In this document: positions 48,050-57,688 of the stretch, one piece after another
Layout of the letters: every line of letters begins with the position of its first letter
Position numbering within the stretch: the stretch's first letter is position 1
IMG/VR virus record: IMGVR_UViG_2595698517_000001
Location: 64,001-128,000 of that record
From: a virus
Lineage: Duplodnaviria > Caudoviricetes
Reading direction: 5' to 3' (one strand)
Length of the DNA stretch: 64,000 nucleotides
Notes under the pieces: generated by a model
Told to the model about the DNA's origin: nothing
What the model saw: the letters and a program-made list of their open reading frames with translations, nothing else
Databases searched by the model: none
Translations under genes and position numbers: made by a program

Positions 48050-48260
48050 GATACAGCCTTATCAACACAAGTTATAATTGACTTATTTACCGTTTATCCA
48101 TTCCGTATTTATTATTTAATTATTAATTATTTATAAAGTATATAAATATAAAATACACTACGCATAAAATTAAATGTGTCAGGGAAAGGTAATAAATGAT
48201 TCAGAAACATTGGTTTACCAGTATTCTAAATATGTCAAAAATATTATTTCGAAATATGTA
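48050..48260. other. AT-rich non-coding region, candidate replication origin
   Basis: Near-pure A/T tract 48106-48155 at the structural/replication module boundary. Confidence 0.4.
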
Positions 48261-48289
48261 TTGACACTGTGTACATGTTCAGTTAAGAT
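48261..48289 (+). promoter_or_regulatory. plus-strand sigma-A promoter
   Basis: TTGACA-17-TAAGAT with AT-rich upstream element. Confidence 0.7.
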
Positions 48290-48295
48290 TAATTT

Positions 48296-48457
48296 GTAGA
48301 TGCAACCAACCGATGGTCAACTCTACCTGGTCAGTAGAGGTCGGTTATTAGGATTATTTAATATTAATTTTGAGATCGAGAACCGCCCTTATCTTTTCCA
48401 ATCGCTTTCGAGTAGGGCAAAATAAAAAGAGGTACTGTGGGAGGTACCTCTTTTTTC
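48296..48457 (+). ncRNA. putative ~160-nt structured RNA (or leaderless 41-aa ORF 48300-48425)
   Basis: Promoter, two hairpins and terminator in series. Confidence 0.45.
48424..48456. terminator. bidirectional intrinsic terminator
   Basis: AAAAAGAGGTAC/GTACCTCTTTTT. Confidence 0.85.
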
Positions 48458-48462
48458 TATGC

Positions 48463-48651
48463 TTATTTTTCTTTAGCTTGCTTTAATACCGCTTCAAGCT
48501 GCTTCTTCATATCTTCTACTTCTTGTAACTTCTTCTCCAACTCTTTTGACTGCTCCTTCATTTGTCGAGCTGCTGAGATAGTAGACTTTTCAAAATTAGT
48601 AGGGACGAATATTAACGCCCCTGATTGTGGATCACGTTGTTCTATCGGCAT
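48463..48651 (-). CDS. small coiled-coil protein ending the tail operon
   Basis: RDPQSGALIFVP. Confidence 0.75.
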   Translation of the reverse strand: MPIEQRDPQSGALIFVPTNFEKSTISAARQMKEQSKELEKKLQEVEDMKKQLEAVLKQAKEK

Positions 48652-48666
48652 ACCGCTTTCCCCTCC

Positions 48667-51600
48667 TTATATAGCGTCCGTAGTTAGTCCAGTAAACTGT
48701 CTTACCCGTGGACGTAAGAATCGGTTATCTCCTTCAAGCGTTAGCTTATACTTAATTGAGTTCTCAACCGCTGTTTGCGCTACTTTCTCTACGAACGTAT
48801 AACGAGTAAACTCTGCTGAACGTTTTGCAGTGGTAGGGGTAGACTTACATTCCTTCCAAGTTGCGCCCTGGTCTAATGAGTAGTACGGTTTTACACGAGT
48901 ACCCGCAGGTGCAGCAGCATCGTAAGAGATTGTAACCGTGTTAAACGGAGACTCCCTTTGGTCAATCGTCTTACTTACGTAGTCCGCTTTAGTTGCTGAT
49001 ACGAAGTTTACGAATAGTAAATCATCAAGCGCCAACATTGGAGAAATGTATCGGTTCGATTTGAATGTAGCTCGTAACTTCGCTAGACCTACTACGAATG
49101 GTGTTTGAATACCTGCATAGTTGATTAGCGGCAACCACGGTACACTATCGATTGATACTGTGTTGACATCCGATGCATTTACGATCTTAACTTCCCAGTT
49201 ACAACCAGTGTTCTCAGGTGTTAAGAATGATGCCATTAACAAGATACCGTTAGAGTCGATACCTTTCATTGTGTCGAACTCGATAATACCTTCTTCAGCA
49301 AACTCAGCAGTGTAGATATTGAACTTCATATCTGTCTCCTGGTGTACTGTCCAAGATACTGCGTTCGATGAACTGAATAGAACACCGTTTACATATGGCT
49401 GAGAAACTACAGTTTGACCGTTACTTCCAAGTGTTTTCTGTCCTAGTGTCGCACACCACATTGTATAGTCCGCACTATCTGTAATGAATACGATACAGTA
49501 ACCTTCACCTGGTTTAACCATCAATGGGTCATCTAAAGCGATTCGTGTTTCTAATGAAGCATCTTCAGATACCTTAATTTTATCAGGAGTTAAGATACGT
49601 TCAGCGTATACTGTACGGTTAGGTAAACCACCGTCTGATAAACCACGAACCTGCATAATGATGTTATCCGTTGTAGACTTAGAACCGAAGTAAACTCCCA
49701 CAGAAGTAATTACTCTTGCTTGTTGGAAAGCAAACGACTGTGCAAGAGGGTCATACAGGTTGAACGTTACACGAGTCTTAGTAATTGTATCCGTAGTAAT
49801 CTTCGCTGTACCTTGAGCTGAGAACGTTGAAGTTGCTAAGTTGTCTGCATTCTGTAACGTTACTTCTCGTGTACCTGTACGAATACCCGCAGGGATCATA
49901 AACTTACCTGTTGCTTCCCCTAACGCATTAGAACGGATTGTACCTGTTTGAGAACCTGCCACTGTTGGTGCTACTGGTGTTACTGGTACTCGGACACCAT
50001 CGAATGTCAGGAACAAGTTATCTGTGTTCTTCATTAAGTTTGTTGCAGTGAACGATACTTCGATTTGGCGCATGTACTCAATAACTTCGTCACGAGTTGA
50101 CTGTGCTGATTGCCATAGAACCCCTTCAGCTTTATCCGTCTTAGACCAACCTAACGACTCCTCATTCCATGCAGCTCCACCAGTTAAAGCAGTGTTATCT
50201 ACTAACCACTGGTTCCAATCAGAAAGCTTACCGTTAGGGTCGCCTTCCCCTTGGTGAGCCCACCAACGGTTAATGTTCGTTGTGATATGATCTTCTTCGT
50301 AAAGTGTTACACGCTTCTCATCAATCCAGTTATCTCTCTCAGGAGAGAGTTTTAGAACACCTTGCTTGTTGTATACCTGGTACGGGTTAACGTTCCAAGC
50401 CGATGTAGCTAATGGTTGACTGATTTCTTTAATCTCTTTGAATGGTGCAGTTACTAATCGACCCCATGAGTGTGACACGGACTCGTTCTCCATGAACTTA
50501 GGACGTACCTTTTGGTCATCAGGAGTTTTAGTTGGGATTGTGATAGTAGCGTCATCAAATGAGAATGATACAGAAGATAGTCCTGTGTCTAATCGATTGA
50601 AGTCCGTAAAGGCATCTGCGAACAATCCACGTAGCGTTAATGGGTCTTCAGTCTTTGTAGCCTGTTTCTCAAGCATGATTAGGGCTTGGTTGTATTCCAA
50701 GTTCTCTACACGAGTCTTAAGCTTCTGTAAGTCTTCCATACGTAAACGCATAACCGCAGTGTTCTTAGCTGCTGCAAAGTCAGAGTAAGGATAGATGTGA
50801 ATGTTACCAATTTTCAGAGAAAGCGGGTCACGGTTCTCAGGCTGTTTGGTTACACCTTCACGATCAGGTTGCCCTTCGATAACTGAGAAGTTACCCGCAG
50901 CATCTAGTGTAACGATGTCTTCTCGTGATAAGTAGTAATCGTAATCGACACGAACTGTTCCGCCCTCTTTTGGTTTAACTCCTGTCATACCATTGAAATC
51001 TACTTCAGTAGTTGCTCCTGGTATTTTCTCACCTAATGGAGTATTCGTAACTTTGTAGTCTGTTCCTGCTTTCATTACACGGTCATACTCAAACGTTAAT
51101 TTGTATGTTGTTCCTGGTGTTGGTTCTGTACCATTTAAGCCTGTGTTCCAATCTATGTATTGAATACCGCTGTCCTGTACAACTTTGTAATCTTTGTCTC
51201 GTACGTACACTGTTGTATTGAATGAAAGAACCACAGTAGTAGGGTCTATATTCGTGTACTGAGCAGGGATAGCGTCTCGACCATCTAGAACACCTTTAGA
51301 GATTTGAACGCCACCTGCGGGGCTTAGAGTGCGTCCTACAACGTTTGTAACTGCTTTAACGAATGAACTACCTACAGTCACTTTCGCCTTAGCTGTGTTA
51401 TATGTGCTTGTCTCTTGTACAATCGAACGGAACTCTTTTGATTTATTGATTGCAATACGAGTAGATGTAGGTTTGCTGATACGGTAACCCATTACGTATG
51501 CTAGACCTTTATCAATAATAAGGTCAATCTTTTCTGCATCTTGACCTTTCTCAGTCCACATTTCGAACCCTTCTACCTGGTAGTTACCTGATTCTTCTAC

Positions 51601-52167
51601 AGTACGTTGTGCTAACACCTGGTTAATTACAGAGAACTCAGGACGGTCAGGCTCGATGAATAGTTTACCATCTTCAAAACGATAGATAGAAGCTGTAGTA
51701 TCATCGTTGTACGTAAGAACTACTTCTTCTTGTAATCGGTCTGCACCAGGAGATAAATAGCTAGGTGCGTTTTGTGTTTGATCTAAAAGTGTAGGGTCTT
51801 CGTTATACGTGATAACTTTTTGAACTACTTTTACACCAATGATTTCTGTACCTTTGTTTGCAAAAGGAATTGTTTGTTTCTTGATTGGTCGAATCTTACC
51901 TGCTAAATAAAGTAACCCTTCTTCAATCGTAATTTTTGTCGGGTTATCCTTGTTGTCAAAGCTGAAAGCCATACCTGTTTGAATTGCACCATCTGCGAAG
52001 ATACTATCACCTAATCGTCTTAGGTTGTCTTCTGCAATGGACTGTAACTCATTTAGCTCCGCTTGTTGTAGCGGTCTGTCAGAACGGAAAAGCGCTTTAG
52101 AACGACCACTCTTACGGTCGAATCTGTCATTATACGGATATAGGCTTAAATCGATGTTATCTGCCAA
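48667..52167 (-). CDS. DUF4815/VrlC-like baseplate-tail adsorption protein
   Basis: PYNDRF, LQQAELNELQ, PGADR, GLFADAF, DPLAQSF. Confidence 0.85.
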   Translation of the reverse strand: MADNIDLSLYPYNDRFDRKSGRSKALFRSDRPLQQAELNELQSIAEDNLRRLGDSIFADGAIQTGMAFSFDNKDNPTKITIEEGLLYLAGKIRPIKKQTIPFANKGTEIIGVKVVQKVITYNEDPTLLDQTQNAPSYLSPGADRLQEEVVLTYNDDTTASIYRFEDGKLFIEPDRPEFSVINQVLAQRTVEESGNYQVEGFEMWTEKGQDAEKIDLIIDKGLAYVMGYRISKPTSTRIAINKSKEFRSIVQETSTYNTAKAKVTVGSSFVKAVTNVVGRTLSPAGGVQISKGVLDGRDAIPAQYTNIDPTTVVLSFNTTVYVRDKDYKVVQDSGIQYIDWNTGLNGTEPTPGTTYKLTFEYDRVMKAGTDYKVTNTPLGEKIPGATTEVDFNGMTGVKPKEGGTVRVDYDYYLSREDIVTLDAAGNFSVIEGQPDREGVTKQPENRDPLSLKIGNIHIYPYSDFAAAKNTAVMRLRMEDLQKLKTRVENLEYNQALIMLEKQATKTEDPLTLRGLFADAFTDFNRLDTGLSSVSFSFDDATITIPTKTPDDQKVRPKFMENESVSHSWGRLVTAPFKEIKEISQPLATSAWNVNPYQVYNKQGVLKLSPERDNWIDEKRVTLYEEDHITTNINRWWAHQGEGDPNGKLSDWNQWLVDNTALTGGAAWNEESLGWSKTDKAEGVLWQSAQSTRDEVIEYMRQIEVSFTATNLMKNTDNLFLTFDGVRVPVTPVAPTVAGSQTGTIRSNALGEATGKFMIPAGIRTGTREVTLQNADNLATSTFSAQGTAKITTDTITKTRVTFNLYDPLAQSFAFQQARVITSVGVYFGSKSTTDNIIMQVRGLSDGGLPNRTVYAERILTPDKIKVSEDASLETRIALDDPLMVKPGEGYCIVFITDSADYTMWCATLGQKTLGSNGQTVVSQPYVNGVLFSSSNAVSWTVHQETDMKFNIYTAEFAEEGIIEFDTMKGIDSNGILLMASFLTPENTGCNWEVKIVNASDVNTVSIDSVPWLPLINYAGIQTPFVVGLAKLRATFKSNRYISPMLALDDLLFVNFVSATKADYVSKTIDQRESPFNTVTISYDAAAPAGTRVKPYYSLDQGATWKECKSTPTTAKRSAEFTRYTFVEKVAQTAVENSIKYKLTLEGDNRFLRPRVRQFTGLTTDAI

Positions 52168-52182
52168 AGTTGTTCACTCCTT

Positions 52183-53205
52183 CTATTGGAACTCAATCAT
52201 AAATTGCTCGTCCATTTTTAAATCTATTGTGCGCCCTTGTAAGTCCCTGGAATCTGTAATTAGCTTTGTTCCTGGGCTTGTAACCTCGGAAGGATACATT
52301 GTGTCTTTCTTTTCCCCTTTAGGTACTAAGTTAAAGAACAGTTCTACCTTCGAGTAGGCTTGGTCTTGGAAGTCTTTACCTTCCACTGTTACATTTATGT
52401 ATAACCACTTCGCTCCCTCGGCTACAGCCTTATCTCTAGGAACGAGAACATACGGTTTGTTACCGTACATTACGACTGGATACGGAGGGTTTTTAACGTC
52501 CTCTGTATCCTTAAGTGGTCTTGCTAACATGATTTTATGAACCCTCTTATAACCAATTATATCAGATTGTGCGATTGACACGTATGTACTGTCCCTATTT
52601 GCTTGCATTTTCATTGCTTCGTCTACAGGAACTGTCCCCTGCTTAACCTTAAATGGTATTGCATTAGGATTGTATGCCTTTGGTTGTCTTGTTAAATGAA
52701 CTGTCACACCTGCGGGCTTAAACTTCTTAACCACGTCTATAACTGCGTAAGGGAAGTTGTTAGCAAAGAATATGTCAATTACTGCTGTCGTGTAATATTC
52801 TCCTAGCAGGTGGTCTTTACCGTTTAGCTTAGATTGGTTCAAGAAGAAAATGTTATTGAATGGCTCATAAATGTTTACGTATGTATTCGGGTCTCCTAAG
52901 AAAGCCAGGATCGCTTTTTTAATAGCAGGGATTGTCCCTCTGTCAAGCAAGATGTACTGAATGATTCGGGCTCTATAGTCCGTATCAGTTTCATTGTCTT
53001 GTCGTATAACTCCGAATATGTCTCCGTATTCATCTAGCCATCTACCTGTAGCAGTCTCTAACGATTCGTCTAGCCTACTGGAAATAGCATCTGCTTCTGT
53101 AAGCTTAAGCTCATCATCGATAGCAGCCAGGATCGCTGCATTCGCTTCTGTTTTATCTACTAGTCGAGTCTTCCACCCTGGGTGTAGATGTTTTAAAAAT
53201 GACAT
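52183..53205 (-). CDS. baseplate wedge protein
   Basis: ATGRWLDEYG..R..NETD..YR.RI, KPAGV. Confidence 0.8.
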   Translation of the reverse strand: MSFLKHLHPGWKTRLVDKTEANAAILAAIDDELKLTEADAISSRLDESLETATGRWLDEYGDIFGVIRQDNETDTDYRARIIQYILLDRGTIPAIKKAILAFLGDPNTYVNIYEPFNNIFFLNQSKLNGKDHLLGEYYTTAVIDIFFANNFPYAVIDVVKKFKPAGVTVHLTRQPKAYNPNAIPFKVKQGTVPVDEAMKMQANRDSTYVSIAQSDIIGYKRVHKIMLARPLKDTEDVKNPPYPVVMYGNKPYVLVPRDKAVAEGAKWLYINVTVEGKDFQDQAYSKVELFFNLVPKGEKKDTMYPSEVTSPGTKLITDSRDLQGRTIDLKMDEQFMIEFQ

Positions 53206-53217
53206 TCTGTGTACCTC

Positions 53218-54264
53218 CTACTCTAGAGTTACTTTAATTGTTCCTGCACGGATAATCTCATTCCCTGCAACCAGGATATTCCCTGTTGGGTTGGCAAATG
53301 AGATGTCGTAAATGAGCTGCTTGTCAAGCCCTTTAATAACACTAGACAGATCAGATAGAATCAAACTTTGGGAAGTCTGCATGTTATTTAAGTAACGAGA
53401 AATTTCTCCTACGATTTTATCCTGGAACGCTTTTGTAATAGCTAATTTGTTTGTTAATGTTATTTTAACATCTACATCTATTGTTCTACGTACTACGGGC
53501 ATAACTCGAACTGGAATACCACCTGGTCTGAAATTTTCTAATGTTGCGACAATTTTAGCTTTAACATCGTCAGGTAGGTCTCCGTTTCGGTCGTGAGCAT
53601 ACACGTTGATAAGACCTGTCTGTTCGTCAATCCATACGCCCGCTACTTCAGGAACTGAACGAGTACCGTATTCAATAGCAGGGATCGTACCTTTACTTAA
53701 TGATTCAATGTATGAACGGAAACGAGACTTCATTTCATCTAGCGGTTCTTCATTCTGTCCAGTTTGGAAAGCTTGTGCATTATTTACTGTCTTGATGTTC
53801 GCTAGAGGAGTCATCATGATATTTACTACGTTTGCAGGAATGTTACCAACCTCACCAGGGATCGTGCAATATACTTGTACTTCAGCAGTTACTGTTCCTT
53901 GCGGGATGTAGTAGTCCACTAATGTTTCGTATGTGTTCGAGTAGTCTCCCAGGCTAGATGTGAAGCGTGTACCTCTTGCTAAAGCTACTGTTTGCTGTAA
54001 GGCATTGTGGAAAACAATTTGCACCTTACCGTATGCTTTACGTGGCGGCTTTCTTGTAAACCCGAATGAAGCGAATATACCTGCTGCAATGGCTTCCTGG
54101 ATATTCTCCTCTGTTAGTACATAGAACTGCTCTAGCTCTGTAGCAATGGCTTCGTATATCGCTCTCATGGCACTACCGATTGAGAAGTCATTAATCTTTC
54201 TTGTGTTTGTAATCGTGTGGTCTACAAGTCGTGCGTAGATTTCTGTCATTTGTTTATATCTCAA
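53218..54264 (-). CDS. baseplate J-like protein
   Basis: GEVGN, GQNEE, RPGGI. Confidence 0.88.
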   Translation of the reverse strand: MRYKQMTEIYARLVDHTITNTRKINDFSIGSAMRAIYEAIATELEQFYVLTEENIQEAIAAGIFASFGFTRKPPRKAYGKVQIVFHNALQQTVALARGTRFTSSLGDYSNTYETLVDYYIPQGTVTAEVQVYCTIPGEVGNIPANVVNIMMTPLANIKTVNNAQAFQTGQNEEPLDEMKSRFRSYIESLSKGTIPAIEYGTRSVPEVAGVWIDEQTGLINVYAHDRNGDLPDDVKAKIVATLENFRPGGIPVRVMPVVRRTIDVDVKITLTNKLAITKAFQDKIVGEISRYLNNMQTSQSLILSDLSSVIKGLDKQLIYDISFANPTGNILVAGNEIIRAGTIKVTLE

Positions 54265-54276
54265 GGTGTAAACCTC

Positions 54277-55035
54277 CTATCTTATATTCGTATCGCTAAA
54301 GTTATCGTCTAGTAACAATCTACCTGACTCCCCTGATCTCACTGCAAAGATAAAGGCTTCGTCTAATGCAATCGAGAAGATTTTGAAAGCTGCTGTGAAT
54401 GTGTTCCCACTAATGGAATGTCCTAGCTTCTCAACATTTCGAACCCTACCATCTGTTCTTATCGTTCTTTCAATCTCTACAGCTAATAGTGCCGCATTCT
54501 CTTCTGTGTTCTTTTTACCGATGTATTCATGGATTCTAGAACCATATCGAGGGTGTCCCAGGTAACTTCCCATTGGAGTGATTAAGCGCACGTATAAAGA
54601 TTGCTTCAGGTTCTCAATACCTCTAATCGTTTTGACATCTCCCTTACCGTCATCCTTCAGTTCTAGTATTTCAGCGTCCCATCCAGGGCTACCAAACTGT
54701 TTAGGTAACGGTAGAATGTCCAAGTCTTTACCTAGCGACAGTGCATAGATTTCTTCCTGGTCAAACTCGTTTGTTCTCTTTAACGTAGAGATTAGTTCTG
54801 CTTCTGTATCATCTGAAACTCGAACCATTAACGTATCACCAATTGTTAATAGATGGTCGGGGTTCTGCATCTTTTCATCTACTGTGTCTACGATGTATGG
54901 GTAACGTAAGTTGTTGAATCGTGCTAACTCTACCCAACGAGTTACATCCCCATACTCTTGTTGAGCGATTGCTTGCATTGTATCTCCGTAAGATATAATT
55001 TTCTTTCTGAATTTAACCATTATCTCACCGTCCAA
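54277..55035 (-). CDS. LysM plus gp25-like baseplate wedge protein
   Basis: GDTMQAIA..YGD..W; HPRYGS; DGRV. Confidence 0.82.
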   Translation of the reverse strand: MDGEIMVKFRKKIISYGDTMQAIAQQEYGDVTRWVELARFNNLRYPYIVDTVDEKMQNPDHLLTIGDTLMVRVSDDTEAELISTLKRTNEFDQEEIYALSLGKDLDILPLPKQFGSPGWDAEILELKDDGKGDVKTIRGIENLKQSLYVRLITPMGSYLGHPRYGSRIHEYIGKKNTEENAALLAVEIERTIRTDGRVRNVEKLGHSISGNTFTAAFKIFSIALDEAFIFAVRSGESGRLLLDDNFSDTNIR

Positions 55036-55559
55036 TTGTTGCTCATAATTACGTCAATTTGGTTTTCTAAGTACCCGAAGGAGATATTCATGTTTCGTAG
55101 AGTTTCGATCATACTACGGTATTTCTTTTCCGTACCGAAGTAGTCTGCAAGGTAGTTAATGTTTTCCTTAATTCGTAGGAAGTCCTTTGCAGCAATGTAT
55201 TGTAGATTCGTACTAGCTGCTTCTATGCTGTATAGTAGAGCAAACGATTCTAAAACTACCGAAGTCATTAACGCATAAATTCTCGGGTTGTATGTAGCTA
55301 GGTCACTTTTCATAACTTGGGCTACAATTGTATTTGGGTCTAGCTCCACATTGATTAATTCGATCTTGTCAGCCTTGATGTCTTCTAATGTCAATCGTGC
55401 TACAGAAGATAAACTGTACACAGGATTGTACAAAGTGGAAACAAACTCTTTTGAGTCGTCTAGTACGTTAAATGGAATCGTACCGTCACTTAGCACAGGC
55501 ACACTAGAGACGAATTTCACTAAGTCTAGCGGCTTCTTAATTGCCATTCTTAATACCAC
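55020..55559 (-). CDS. structural/baseplate-module protein
   Basis: Position in tail module. Confidence 0.7.
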   Translation of the reverse strand: MVLRMAIKKPLDLVKFVSSVPVLSDGTIPFNVLDDSKEFVSTLYNPVYSLSSVARLTLEDIKADKIELINVELDPNTIVAQVMKSDLATYNPRIYALMTSVVLESFALLYSIEAASTNLQYIAAKDFLRIKENINYLADYFGTEKKYRSMIETLRNMNISFGYLENQIDVIMSNNWTVR

Positions 55560-56407
55560 CTTCCGTAGTAACCAATGTTAAACCCTAGTCCTGACATTCC
55601 GTACTGGTATGCTAACGGTGAAGGGCTTTGTGGGTTAACTGGGTTACGTCCTGTTCCTGGAATATAAATACTGTCGTCTCCTTTATTATATATCCCATCG
55701 TTACCTGAGCTCGGATCGTAGCCCCCGTTACCTTTATTACCGCCTGAACCTGAGCCTGAATTAGACCCTCCGCCAGGTAAAATAGGTGTAGGCATTCCGA
55801 TAGACCCACCTAATGGAGGTAGAATCGGGCTAGGAATCCAAACACTTCCACCAGGAGGAGTTACGTTTGGTAGACCTGAGCTCCCACCACCTGGGTTTAC
55901 TGTAGGGTATCTGTTTCCGATTTCAGGTTGTACCACATCATCGTCCGCAGGATCAGTAGATTTACGCAGAATAACGAATTTGATTTCGTATCGATACATT
56001 AGTGGAGCGTTAACATCTTGTGTATATGTAACCCCTTCAGGAGACAAGTGGACTACAAAGCTCTCATCGTTTGTAAAGTTGTGGAAGTAAAAGTCCTCGG
56101 CAGCAGTTCTACCATTACCGCCTGTCTCTGCATAATCTTCTAAGAAGGCTTTCATTTCTTTTATCTTAGCAATCCCTCGGTCTGAAGCTTTACCTGTAGG
56201 GTTGAAACCAGTTGTACCACTGATTGTGTAAGTAGGAATATCACTTTGGAAGTCTTCTACGATGATACGACTCTTTGTTTTCAGTACAGTTGTACGGTGC
56301 GGTCTTACATAAGTCATATTCTCAGGGTTTAAAGCAAAGCGGAAAAACTTATTTCCTACCTGGAATGCAATTTTCTTTAAAACATTTCTACCATCTGACA
56401 TTGGCAT
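55550..56407 (-). CDS. tail-tube initiator/hub-like structural protein with Gly/Pro-rich tail
   Basis: FALNPE, ISGTTG; late motif TCTTATATTA at 56426-56435. Confidence 0.65.
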   Translation of the reverse strand: MPMSDGRNVLKKIAFQVGNKFFRFALNPENMTYVRPHRTTVLKTKSRIIVEDFQSDIPTYTISGTTGFNPTGKASDRGIAKIKEMKAFLEDYAETGGNGRTAAEDFYFHNFTNDESFVVHLSPEGVTYTQDVNAPLMYRYEIKFVILRKSTDPADDDVVQPEIGNRYPTVNPGGGSSGLPNVTPPGGSVWIPSPILPPLGGSIGMPTPILPGGGSNSGSGSGGNKGNGGYDPSSGNDGIYNKGDDSIYIPGTGRNPVNPQSPSPLAYQYGMSGLGFNIGYYGRWY

Positions 56408-56457
56408 GTTGTATCACCTCTCTTATAATATAAGAAAAGACGGGATGATTTCCCGTC

Positions 56458-56940
56458 TTAAAGCACTCTAGTTAGTGGATATTTATGTATTAATTCTTCA
56501 GGAGTGACATCATAGAGAAATTCCGTATCTTTTCGCTTAACTCCCGCTAGATAAAATGACCTGTCCACGACTTCAGAGCAAGTAAGTTTCTTTTGATTGT
56601 TGAATAAAGTTCGTTTAATACGGAATACTATTCGAACAAACATCTCTAATATTTGTGCATAGTCGTAATCCGTACCTTCTAAACTAGTCGCAAGCTCTAC
56701 AATCTTTTCTCTCTCCTCTTGCGTTAGGTTCTCTAAGCGATATATGTGTGTGATATTTTTATCATACTCTATAGGTACGATCCTAGTTTTTGTAAATCTA
56801 TCCGCTTCGATTATTGTATTAGCATTGATCGCTAAAGCAACATGGCTATAGGGTGACTTAGTAAAATAACTAATCACCCTGCCAATGAAGCCCGTAGGTC
56901 TATAGAATATGACATCTGCCGCTTGTAGATCAGTCGTCAT
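56458..56940 (-). CDS. permuted NlpC/P60 (YiiX/YebB-like) papain-fold protein
   Basis: DVIF, SPYSHV, YDY, TCSE, VTP. Confidence 0.85.
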   Translation of the reverse strand: MTTDLQAADVIFYRPTGFIGRVISYFTKSPYSHVALAINANTIIEADRFTKTRIVPIEYDKNITHIYRLENLTQEEREKIVELATSLEGTDYDYAQILEMFVRIVFRIKRTLFNNQKKLTCSEVVDRSFYLAGVKRKDTEFLYDVTPEELIHKYPLTRVL

Positions 56941-56956
56941 ATCTTAGTCACCTTTC

Positions 56957-57136
56957 TTATTTAGAAGGTTTCTTTGCTTCTGTTAACTGCTCTTGCAACT
57001 TAGCTTTCTCTTCTTCTAACTGACCGATATAAGCCTTCAGCCTAATGTTCTCGGATGTTAAATCGAAGATAGCTGCCTGTTGTTCGTTGAAAATGAACTT
57101 TGGGTTAATCTCTTTTCTTTGTGGTTGTTGTTCCAT
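56957..57136 (-). CDS. small coiled-coil protein, 59 aa (not in ORF track)
   Basis: MEQQPQRKEINPKF...; AGGAGG RBS. Confidence 0.75.
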   Translation of the reverse strand: MEQQPQRKEINPKFIFNEQQAAIFDLTSENIRLKAYIGQLEEEKAKLQEQLTEAKKPSK

Positions 57137-57160
57137 TTTGGTTCCTCCTATGCTTATCTA

Positions 57161-57673
57161 TTATTTATTTGGTGCTTCACCAGTCCAAGAAACTGCTACA
57201 AGTTCTTCGTGTGTCGTAGCGTTGATAATAGCATTGACTTTCTCGTTATATTTGAACAACTGAGTTTCTTTGTGTGTATACGCTTCAGCCTGTACTACTA
57301 ACCAATCTTCTCTTGTATGTACTACGTACCCTGCATCCTCTGTTTTCCACGGAACCTCCGTAGCTTCAGGGTGGTCACGAAGCCAGTCTTTCTTACCTAA
57401 GAAGTTAATTTGGTCATTCTCATTTAGACGGTATCTATGTCCGTTAACCGATTTAAACCCTAACTTAATATATACATCAGAGAACTCGTCCATCATAGAT
57501 GTTTTAAGTTCCTTGTGATACTTCAAGATGTCTTCAGGTTTAACTTGCCACATAGTTGTACCTTGCTTACGAGCAATAGCGCTAATTAAAGAGTCTTGGT
57601 TGTTTGGTTGCATTTTGTTAAACCCTACCATAATAAGTTCTTTGTCATAAACTGGTAAGCTATCGTATATCAT
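57161..57673 (-). CDS. DUF4376-like tail fibre-associated protein
   Basis: DQIN, WKTED, INATT.EEL..VSW. Confidence 0.65.
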   Translation of the reverse strand: MIYDSLPVYDKELIMVGFNKMQPNNQDSLISAIARKQGTTMWQVKPEDILKYHKELKTSMMDEFSDVYIKLGFKSVNGHRYRLNENDQINFLGKKDWLRDHPEATEVPWKTEDAGYVVHTREDWLVVQAEAYTHKETQLFKYNEKVNAIINATTHEELVAVSWTGEAPNK

Positions 57674-57688
57674 TGGTTATTTCTCTCC

